Below, piece after piece: positions 50,270 through 57,854 of a stretch of DNA of 64,000 nt; the first letter of the stretch is position 1, and each line of letters begins with the position of its first letter. The notes below the pieces were generated by a model. That model was not told the DNA's origin. It saw only the letters and a program-made list of their open reading frames with translations, and did no database searches. This DNA comes from a candidate division FCPU426 bacterium (GTDB lineage Bacteria > Oederibacteriota > Muellerivitia > Muellerivitales > Muellerivitaceae): positions 1 to 64,000 of the forward strand of contig CAVRAL010000004.1 in NCBI GenBank assembly GCA_963719085.1. The letters run 5' to 3'. A program made the position numbers and the translations under genes.

Positions 50270-51004
50270 TTGAAAACAATTCCCGGATGGCCGCCAAACA
50301 CTTTTACGGTTTGTCATATTGATGAAACTGGTTTAATAGATAAAGCCGTTCAACGTTTTTATGGAATAGGATTAGTAAAGGTAAATTCTGAGATTTTATA
50401 CGATTACTACAATGACTTATTAGATATACAAAAAAGAGTGCGGTCGGTTTTTAAAAACTTTGAAGAATTTAAATATAGTTATATTACTAACGGTGCCGTT
50501 AGTTTTTATAAGGAAATTATCGATCTGCATTTTAAATATAAAAATGCAATGTTTTGTGGCCTTGTCATTGATAAAAAACATCCCAATATGAATATCCCAG
50601 GCTATTTTAATAACGCTTGGGATGCTCACGTTCGATACTCAAAAATGCTTGTTAAAAACAATGTAATGGAGGAAGAAATAACTTATGTAATCGCGGATAG
50701 AATGGAAAGAAAAGGCAAGAGCAGTTATATTTTTGAAACGGAACTAGAAAATTTAAAACAAGTTATATTTGCGGGAATGGAAGAGTCAAAAAACAATTTA
50801 ATAATACAAGTGGCCGATATTCTTATTGGATGTGTAGTTTTAGATTTCAGGATGAAATATGACCAATTCCCTGCGGCAAAACAAAAACTAGAAGTTTTGA
50901 ATCATTTAAAATCAAAATTAAATGAACAGGATTTATCAAAAGGTAATAGTCTTTTTCATCCAAACTATTTCAGTGTTTGGCCATTTACTCCACCACATAA
51001 ATAA
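50270..51004 (+). CDS. DUF3800-like RNase H-fold protein
   Basis: N-terminal HIDETG, 'EFKYS', 'IAD', C-terminal 'IIQVADILIG' (QxxD); TTG start. Confidence 0.75.
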   Translation: MKTIPGWPPNTFTVCHIDETGLIDKAVQRFYGIGLVKVNSEILYDYYNDLLDIQKRVRSVFKNFEEFKYSYITNGAVSFYKEIIDLHFKYKNAMFCGLVIDKKHPNMNIPGYFNNAWDAHVRYSKMLVKNNVMEEEITYVIADRMERKGKSSYIFETELENLKQVIFAGMEESKNNLIIQVADILIGCVVLDFRMKYDQFPAAKQKLEVLNHLKSKLNEQDLSKGNSLFHPNYFSVWPFTPPHK

Positions 51005-51082
51005 AAAAGCGAGCTGTCAGCTAATTAGGCCGACGCTCGCTTAGTAGAAATGAAGCTGTCAGCTAATTAGGCCGACGCATCA
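51003..51082 (-). ncRNA. Putative small RNA of two identical hairpin cores, convergent on DUF3800
   Basis: 25-nt direct repeats at 51012-51036 and 51054-51078; minus-strand stem GTCGGC/GCTGAC; own promoter; ends in GCTCGC-TTTTTT. Confidence 0.65.
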
Positions 51083-51087
51083 ACATG

Positions 51088-51117
51088 AGTATACGAACGT
51101 ATATATTTAAATTTCAA
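51088..51117 (-). promoter_or_regulatory. Sigma70 promoter of the putative sRNA
   Basis: TTGAAA-18bp-TATACT immediately upstream of the first hairpin. Confidence 0.6.
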
Positions 51118-51119
51118 TA

Positions 51120-51341
51120 CTAATTTTTATTCCATCTTTTCAATGCGGCTTTTTTGGCTATTTTACTGCGTTTTTCAGGGCTTAAAGCCAAGGCTCTAGC
51201 CTTCCCTCCTACAAGACCCCCTTTTCGGCCAATATGAGCCATAATTCGGCTTATATCCTCTTTTGAAGGCTCTTCTGTGGCATTTTGGGCTATCTGGAAG
51301 GCTAGGGAGTTAAGGTCTGGCGAGGGGGTCTTTTTTTTCAT
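51120..51341 (-). CDS. Small basic KGG-motif protein of the IS element (putative regulator)
   Basis: 'DLNSLAFQI', 'GRKGGLVGGKARA..LSPEKRSKIAKKAA..RW'; own promoter. Confidence 0.8.
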   Translation of the reverse strand: MKKKTPSPDLNSLAFQIAQNATEEPSKEDISRIMAHIGRKGGLVGGKARALALSPEKRSKIAKKAALKRWNKN

Positions 51342-51347
51342 AGACCC

Positions 51348-51380
51348 ATTTTAAGTCTAATTCCGTGAGCGGTCAAGCAT
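51348..51380 (-). promoter_or_regulatory. Promoter/operator of the small basic protein, leaderless-type
   Basis: TTGACC-17bp-TAAAAT, ATG 6 nt downstream; the -35 lies within ATGCTTGACCGCTCAC. Confidence 0.7.
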
Positions 51381-51434
51381 ACTGTTTTTGTGGGGATTTT
51401 TCAGGGATTCAAATTGACCCACTACCCACTAATG

Positions 51435-51452
51435 GGTAGTGGGTCAATTTGA
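51435..51452 (+). repeat. Third, orphan copy of the IS terminal repeat
   Basis: GGTAGTGGGTCAATTTGA directly after the right 8-bp duplication. Confidence 0.9.
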
Positions 51453-51630
51453 GCATAAGCCTACAATTTCGTCAATTCTCAAAAAAATGTCATTTTCTTC
51501 CGGACCCGCTTCCGCCACCCCTTTTTGGCCGAATGGACGTCTAATCGATCAAACCACTAGATTGGAGTTGATGCTTGACGGGCGCTTGATCAAAATAAGC
51601 CCCGTTCCATCTCAAGTTCAAGACCGGCCC

Positions 51631-52905
51631 ATGAAAAAAACAACCACGCTTTCACTCATCGCTTTCTTCCTGCTGCCTCTCATGGCGGTCGCCCAGGAAG
51701 TCCTGACTTGGGATCAAGCCCTTAAAGAAGCCGCCCTCAACAACCGGGACCTGAAATCCGCGGAGCAAACCGTCAAGGCCAACGAGGACGCCCACCAGGC
51801 CGCTTTAGGCCAGTTTTTCCCGCAAATTTCTCTAAACGCTTCGCTCAACCGCTCCGGCGATGGAGGCCTCAACAATGCGCTAAACTCTTCTCTCTATACT
51901 CAAGGCGCGAGTCTGGCCTTGACCGCCCAGCAAGATATTTTTTCAGGGCTAAAGGACATCGCGTCGGTTGATGCCTCCAACGCCCAAGTGGATATCGCCC
52001 GCGCCGAGCTGACCCAAGCCAAGTCGCAAGTTTCCCATGACCTCAAAAGCGCCTTCTATCAATTGCTCTTTTCCCAACAACAAATCGATTTGCTCCAACA
52101 GATCCTGACCCGGGACAAGGCCAACCAAGACTTGGTTCAAATGAACTTTGACGGCGGCACCGATAACAAGGGTTCTTTGCTTCAAGCCCAGGCCGCCGTG
52201 GCCCAGGACCAATTTTCCGTGGACCAGGCCCAAAGGGCCCTCAAGGTCGCCGAGCGCCAATTGGACCAGGTTTTGGGCCGAAGCCCCATGGCCGATATCA
52301 CGGTCACGGGCGATTTTGAGATCCCCACCCTGCCGGACAGCGCCCCTGATTTTTTAAAAATGACCGCCTTGACGCCCGCCCACCTCCAAGCCGTGGCCCA
52401 GCTGGGCCTGGCCGACAGCCAATATGTCACGGACCGCGGCAACTTCCTGCCCACGCTTTCGGCCAACGCCTCCCTTTTTCAAAGCGGTTGGAATTTTGAC
52501 GAGACCCAACCCGGCTGGTCCGCGGGGCTTCAACTCAGCCTGCCGGTCTTTACCGGGGGGAAAAATCTTTTCACCTTCAAGAGCGCCGAGGATTCCAGAC
52601 AAGGAGTCGAGGATCAGTTGGAAAGCTCCGACATGAAAACCGAGCAAGGTTTGGAAAGCGCCTACGCTTCCTATCAAGACGCCGTGGACGAGATAAAAGT
52701 CCAGCAGTTCCAGGTGCAGGCGGCCCAGACCCAGGAAGAAATCGCCAAAGCCGAATATTTGAACGGACTTTTGATTTTCCAAAACTGGAACCAGATCGAA
52801 AGCGCCTTGACGAACCAGCAGAAACAACAACTGTCCGACATGCTCACCATTAAAACAGCCGAAGCCAATTGGGAATTGGCCGAGGGAAAGGGAGATATTC
52901 CATGA
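51631..52905 (+). CDS. TolC-family outer membrane efflux protein
   Basis: Signal peptide MKKTTT...AVAQ, two OEP repeats (FFPQISL, FLPTLS, LSLPVFTGG). Confidence 0.9.
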   Translation: MKKTTTLSLIAFFLLPLMAVAQEVLTWDQALKEAALNNRDLKSAEQTVKANEDAHQAALGQFFPQISLNASLNRSGDGGLNNALNSSLYTQGASLALTAQQDIFSGLKDIASVDASNAQVDIARAELTQAKSQVSHDLKSAFYQLLFSQQQIDLLQQILTRDKANQDLVQMNFDGGTDNKGSLLQAQAAVAQDQFSVDQAQRALKVAERQLDQVLGRSPMADITVTGDFEIPTLPDSAPDFLKMTALTPAHLQAVAQLGLADSQYVTDRGNFLPTLSANASLFQSGWNFDETQPGWSAGLQLSLPVFTGGKNLFTFKSAEDSRQGVEDQLESSDMKTEQGLESAYASYQDAVDEIKVQQFQVQAAQTQEEIAKAEYLNGLLIFQNWNQIESALTNQQKQQLSDMLTIKTAEANWELAEGKGDIP

Positions 52906-53873
52906 GGACCCCAACTAACCTAACGGCGGCGGCCTTGGCGCTGCTGATTTTGACGGGCTGCGCGGCCAAAAAACACACCGGCGGGTTTAAAACTGTGGTC
53001 GTCGGGCGGGATGATCTTCAGATCACGGTATTGGCCACCGGCAACGTCCAACCGCAAAACCAGTTGGCGATCTTGCCGCCCATATCGGGGCGGATTGAGA
53101 AGATTTTCATCCGTGAGGGTGATTATGTGAAAAAGGGCCAAAAGTTGATGGAACTCAGTTCCAGCGAAAGGGCCACCCTTTTGGATGAGGCTTCCGCCAA
53201 GGGCCCGGATGAATTGGCGCACTGGGAACAGCTTTATCAGGCCACCCCCCTGCTGGCCCCGGAAAACGGCCAGATCATCTACCTCCCCACGGTTCCGGGC
53301 CAAATCGTAAGCCCCAGCGTCACCCTCATGGTCATGTCGGACCATTTGATCGTCAATACCCAGGTGGATGAGACCGATCTGGCCCAGGTCAAATTAAACG
53401 AGGACGCCACCATCGACTTGGACGCTTATCCGGACCAGGATATCGACGCCAAGGTGCGCCGCATCTCTTACCAATCGACCTTGGTGAATAATGTGACCAC
53501 TTATGAGGTGGACGTTTGGCCCAACAAAGTGCCCGCTTTCATGCGAAGCGGCATGACCGCCAATGTCACCTTCAACGTGGCGGAAAAAGACAATGTCCTG
53601 GTGGTGCCTTCCGAGGCCATTCAATCCACCTCGGACGGCCAGTCTTATGTTTTGATGGCCCCGGCCAAACCGGGTGATAAACCCACGACGCAAACCATCC
53701 AAACCGGCATTACGGACGGAAAAGAAACCGAAATCACCTCCGGCTTAAAAGAAGGCGACAAGATCGTCATCAAGACCTTCGCCGCGGGTCAATATTCGGG
53801 CGCCACCAACGCGACCAACCCCTTCATGCCCAGCATCAAAACCGGCGGTGGCGGCCGGGGCGGAAATCACTAA
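52902..53873 (+). CDS. MacA-like periplasmic adaptor (lipoprotein)
   Basis: LTGC lipobox, 'SGRIEKIFIREGDYVKKGQ', 'VDETDL', 'RSGMTANV', 'SGLKEGD'. Confidence 0.9.
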   Translation: MRTPTNLTAAALALLILTGCAAKKHTGGFKTVVVGRDDLQITVLATGNVQPQNQLAILPPISGRIEKIFIREGDYVKKGQKLMELSSSERATLLDEASAKGPDELAHWEQLYQATPLLAPENGQIIYLPTVPGQIVSPSVTLMVMSDHLIVNTQVDETDLAQVKLNEDATIDLDAYPDQDIDAKVRRISYQSTLVNNVTTYEVDVWPNKVPAFMRSGMTANVTFNVAEKDNVLVVPSEAIQSTSDGQSYVLMAPAKPGDKPTTQTIQTGITDGKETEITSGLKEGDKIVIKTFAAGQYSGATNATNPFMPSIKTGGGGRGGNH

Positions 53874-53886
53874 ATAAAAACCAAAA

Positions 53887-53976
53887 GCTCACGCAAAGAC
53901 GCCAAGAAAGCCAAGAAGCTCATAAAGTAATTTGAATAAAATGAATTGAAGACTTCCTTTGCTTCTTTGCGTGAGC
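53887..53976. repeat. CCAAG-type palindromic repeat, copy 2 (divergent)
   Basis: GCTCACGCAAAGACGCCAAGAAAGCCAAG...CTTTGCTTCTTTGCGTGAGC. Confidence 0.7.
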
Positions 53977-54005
53977 GGTTTTTTAAATCTGCGAAAGAGA
54001 AACCT

Positions 54006-55988
54006 TTGAGCGTTATCGAGATTAAAGACATTTATAAGGTCTATAAGATGGGCGATACCGAAGTGCGCGCCCTCAACGGCGTATCGCTCAAGATCGAACC
54101 CGGCGAGTTCGTGGCCATCATGGGCGCCTCAGGGTCGGGCAAATCGACCATGCTTCAAATTTTAGGACTGTTGGATGTGCCGGATTCGGGTTCTTACAAA
54201 CTTTTAGGCCGTGAGGTTTCGAGTTTAAAAGAAGACGATCTGGCCGCGATCCGAAGCCAAACCTTGGGATTCGTCTTCCAGCAATTTAACCTCTTGGCGC
54301 GGACTTCGGCCTTGGAAAATGTCTCGCTTCCCCTGCTTTACGCCGATCCCCGCCAACCCCACGGCGACCCCAAAAAATTGCTGAAAATGGTGGGGCTGGG
54401 CGAGCGCATGGACCATAAACCCAATGAACTTTCCGGCGGTCAACAGCAGCGTGTGGCCATCGCCCGAGCGCTGACTAACCAGCCCAAACTGATCCTGGCG
54501 GATGAGCCCACGGGAAACTTGGACTCTAAAAGCTCGGAGGATATCATCGGCTTTTTAGGTCAGATGAACGCCGAGGGTATCACCGTGGTCCTGGTCACCC
54601 ATGAGCCGGATATCGCCGCGCACGCCCGGCGAATCATCATGATGAAAGACGGAAAGGTTTTGACCGATAAGAAAAATCCCAAATCTAAAATTCCGGCGCC
54701 CCGAAACGTGAGGGTTCCCGATCTTAAAAAATCCTCAAAAGCCCACGCCTCCGTAAGTTTGGCGCAGACCAAGGAATATTTTAAACAAGCCCTTCGGGCC
54801 CTCATGGCCAACAAGGTCCGTTCCGCGCTCTCGGTTTTGGGCATCCTGATCGGCGTGGCCGCCGTCATCGCCATGCTGGCGATCGGGACCGGCGCTAAAA
54901 AATCCCTCGAGCAGCAGTTATCTTCCCTCGGGACCAACTTACTGATCCTCATGCCGGGGTCCCTCCAAGTCGGAGGAGTCCAGCAAGGCGTGGGCGGCAC
55001 CAGCCGCATCACCTTGAAAGACGCGGACGCGGTGGCGACGGTTCCCATGGTCAAACGCATCGCGCCCGAAGTTTCGGGCCATGTTCAAGTGACCTACGCC
55101 GATAAAAATTGGAGCACGTCGCTCACCGGCACCACGCCCAATTACGCCGAAATGAAAGCCGACGTCCCGATCTATGGCCGGTTCATTACCCAGGACGACG
55201 TGAAAAACCGCAAACGGGTCGCCCTGTTGGGTCTCACCGTCATCAAAAATCTTTTCGGGGACAACGCCAATCCGGTCGGGGAATGGATCAAAATCAACCG
55301 GGACAGTTTTCAAGTCGTGGGTGTTTTGCCGGTGAAGGGTTCCAACGGCTTTCAAGATAGGGATGACACCATTGTGGTGCCGGTCACCACCGCCATGTAC
55401 CGGCTCTTCGGCAAACAATACGTCAACCTGGTGGATATCGAGGCCGATAACGCCCAGGACACGGGCACGGTCCAAACCGCGGTGATCGATTTTATGGTGG
55501 CCTTAAAACACATCACCGGTACGGCGCAAAACCCGGCCTCCAACGCTTTTCAAGTGCGGAACATGGCTGATATTCAGGCCACTTTAAGCGCCTCCACCCA
55601 GATCATGACCATCCTTTTAGCCTCCATCGCGGCCATCTCACTTTTCGTGGGCGGCATCGGCATCATGAACATCATGTTGGTCTCGGTCACCGAACGCACC
55701 CGGGAAATCGGCCTGCGAAAAGCCATCGGCGCGCGCCGGGTGGACATTCTTTCCCAATTTTTGATCGAATCGGTGGCCGTCAGCCTTTTGGGCGGCGTGA
55801 TCGGAATCATTCTGGGCTGGGTCGTTAAGTTTTTAGTTTCCGAATTCGCCGGCTGGCCCACCATCGTCACCGAGACATCCGTATTAATGGCCTTTGGATT
55901 TTCATTCCTGGTGGGCATCGTCTTCGGCATCTGGCCCGCCTACAAGGCCTCGCGCCTAAGTCCCATCCTGGCCCTGCGGTACGAATAG
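54006..55988 (+). CDS. macB: MacB-type fused ABC ATPase-permease
   Basis: GASGSGKS, LSGGQQQRV, DEPTGNLD, GIMNIMLVSVTERTREIG, ALRYE; TTG start tentative. Confidence 0.9.
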   Translation: MSVIEIKDIYKVYKMGDTEVRALNGVSLKIEPGEFVAIMGASGSGKSTMLQILGLLDVPDSGSYKLLGREVSSLKEDDLAAIRSQTLGFVFQQFNLLARTSALENVSLPLLYADPRQPHGDPKKLLKMVGLGERMDHKPNELSGGQQQRVAIARALTNQPKLILADEPTGNLDSKSSEDIIGFLGQMNAEGITVVLVTHEPDIAAHARRIIMMKDGKVLTDKKNPKSKIPAPRNVRVPDLKKSSKAHASVSLAQTKEYFKQALRALMANKVRSALSVLGILIGVAAVIAMLAIGTGAKKSLEQQLSSLGTNLLILMPGSLQVGGVQQGVGGTSRITLKDADAVATVPMVKRIAPEVSGHVQVTYADKNWSTSLTGTTPNYAEMKADVPIYGRFITQDDVKNRKRVALLGLTVIKNLFGDNANPVGEWIKINRDSFQVVGVLPVKGSNGFQDRDDTIVVPVTTAMYRLFGKQYVNLVDIEADNAQDTGTVQTAVIDFMVALKHITGTAQNPASNAFQVRNMADIQATLSASTQIMTILLASIAAISLFVGGIGIMNIMLVSVTERTREIGLRKAIGARRVDILSQFLIESVAVSLLGGVIGIILGWVVKFLVSEFAGWPTIVTETSVLMAFGFSFLVGIVFGIWPAYKASRLSPILALRYE

Positions 55989-56075
55989 GCCTTATCTCCG
56001 GCCCTTTCTTCGAACTTTCCCGGCCCGCTGATCTGTAATATAGTGTCCCCTCACTTTATTCCCAAGGTCAGGCCC

Positions 56076-57854
56076 ATGTTCACCTTCAAGCCGGGATGGT
56101 TAAGCCTCCGCCTCTTTTTATTTTTTCTCGTTCCCGCCGTGGGAACATTATGGATCAGCCAATCCATCCTCAACCGGCACCTGAAAAACGCCGTGGTCAA
56201 TGATCCGGATCAAAACCTGGCCCGGGACCTTTCGAACGTCAAATTGAGCTTGGATCAGCAATCCCAGCAATGGCTTTTGAAAGCCTCCCGCGCCGCCGAA
56301 AAAGAAAATTTAAAAAAGGCCCTGACACCGCCTAAATCCAAAACCGCTCATTTAAAATCCTTAGGCGCCGCGGCCCAAACCATCCTTCAGGCGCCCCTCC
56401 TGGTTATGACCGATTCCAAAGCCGGCGTGTTTTTCGACAATTTGGGGCTTTCCAAACCCGCCTCCCAAAACCCGACTCCACAGGCTACCGTGGCCGTCAA
56501 AAATAAGAAATCCGGCGCTTCCCCGCCCCTGCCTTCAATTAAAAATTGGAGCGGCGTCCAAGCCGGCTTAAAAGGCGTCCCCCTCACGGGCGTCTTGGTT
56601 TATCAAAACATCCCTTATTTGGCCGCGTTGGCGCCGGTCCTATCCCACCCCAACGTCGTCGGGCTTATCCTCGCTGGAGCGCCCCTGGACTACGCCTTTA
56701 TTCAAAATTTAAAAAACTCATCCCAAGCCGATTTGGTTCTTTACGTGAATCACAAAATCCAATTCTCCACTCTACCCGCCTCCTATAACCCGGATATCGA
56801 AAGAACACTCGCCACTTCCGCCTTCACTTCCTCGGGCCCCTCGCACCGCAAACCCGTCCATTTGGGTCATCAGGATTATTTGTGGGACGAAGTGGCTTTG
56901 CTTGATTTTGACCAAAACCCCTACGGCGCCCTGGTGGTATTCCAAACCTCCAAGCAAACCCTCACGGTTGAGGGGGATCCGCAAACGACCCTGCTCAAGC
57001 TGGGCCTCTACCTCATTCTTTTGGCCGTCTTTTTATTCGCTTTCACGGCGGCCGATCTTTTATCCAGTCTGGGCCGTCTTCAAAAGGCCGTGAATCAAGT
57101 CACCGAAGGGGACTTGAACCTGACCTTGCCCGAAAAAAGAACCGATGAAATGGGAAAGCTTTACTGGGCCTTCAACGATATGGTCGTGGCCTTGAAGGAA
57201 CGGGAGCGGATTTCACTGGTTTTGGGAAAAGTGCTGGCGCCCCAAATCGCCAAGCGCCTCCTAGCTGATCGGGACCATTTCGCGCTCAAGGGCGAACGGC
57301 GCGAATGCACCCTGCTTTACGCCCAGCTGAAGGGGTTTAACCCTTTGAGCGAGAACCTGCCCCCGGACCAACTGGTGGAAGTCTTGAATCAATATTTTTC
57401 CCTGGCCCATGGCGTAGTCTTTCAACAAGAAGGCATGCTGGATAAATTTATGGGCGAGTCTCTTTTAGCCGTTTGGGGCGCCCCCTACACGCATGAGGAT
57501 AAGGAAGCCCGGGCGGTCAAGACCGCCCAGGGAATCCACAAATCCCTGCAAGAACTCAATATGACCCGGGTGAAAAAGGGCCAATCCGCCTTCCAATGGG
57601 GCATTGGCATTCATACAGGAACGGTCGTCACGGGCAACCTGGGTTCCAACCGGCGCAACGATTACACGGTCATTGGCCCCGCAGTTGAGGTCGCCCGCCG
57701 GCTTTGCGCCAAAGCCTCCCCCGGCCAAACGGTCTTGAGCCAAGAGACTTATGAGAAGGTGGAATCGCTGATCCAGGTCAAAAGCCTGGAAGCCCTTTCC
57801 CTGCCGGATCGGCCCGAACCCCTTCCCCTTTATGAGGTCGTGGAGCTGATTTGA
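56076..57854 (+). CDS. Membrane Cache/HAMP class III cyclase-like protein with a degenerate active site
   Basis: TM-sensor-TM-HAMP ('DEMGKL...FNDM'), cyclase core 'LDKFMGE', 'GIGIHTG', 'DYTVIG'. Confidence 0.85.
   Translation: MFTFKPGWLSLRLFLFFLVPAVGTLWISQSILNRHLKNAVVNDPDQNLARDLSNVKLSLDQQSQQWLLKASRAAEKENLKKALTPPKSKTAHLKSLGAAAQTILQAPLLVMTDSKAGVFFDNLGLSKPASQNPTPQATVAVKNKKSGASPPLPSIKNWSGVQAGLKGVPLTGVLVYQNIPYLAALAPVLSHPNVVGLILAGAPLDYAFIQNLKNSSQADLVLYVNHKIQFSTLPASYNPDIERTLATSAFTSSGPSHRKPVHLGHQDYLWDEVALLDFDQNPYGALVVFQTSKQTLTVEGDPQTTLLKLGLYLILLAVFLFAFTAADLLSSLGRLQKAVNQVTEGDLNLTLPEKRTDEMGKLYWAFNDMVVALKERERISLVLGKVLAPQIAKRLLADRDHFALKGERRECTLLYAQLKGFNPLSENLPPDQLVEVLNQYFSLAHGVVFQQEGMLDKFMGESLLAVWGAPYTHEDKEARAVKTAQGIHKSLQELNMTRVKKGQSAFQWGIGIHTGTVVTGNLGSNRRNDYTVIGPAVEVARRLCAKASPGQTVLSQETYEKVESLIQVKSLEALSLPDRPEPLPLYEVVELI

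Larger units (their letters stand above)
48520..51426. mobile_element. IS1-family-like cargo-carrying insertion element (2907 bp)
   Basis: Perfect 20-bp IRs GGTAGTGGGTCAATTTGAAT (48520-48539, 51407-51426); 8-bp direct repeat CACTAATG (48512-48519, 51427-51434); AT-rich interior; DDE transposase. Confidence 0.9.

Noticed and set aside
51012..51078. Mini CRISPR array
   Set aside because: Only two repeats, a 17-nt interval that partly forms the outer stems, and no cas genes.
48520..51426. Prophage or integrase-type island
   Set aside because: No recombinase or phage genes; the boundaries are explained by terminal IRs, a target duplication and a DDE transposase.
51453..51630. Sigma54 promoter for the efflux operon
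   Set aside because: No TGGCAC-N5-TTGC match; only a bare GG-N10-GC, which is expected by chance.
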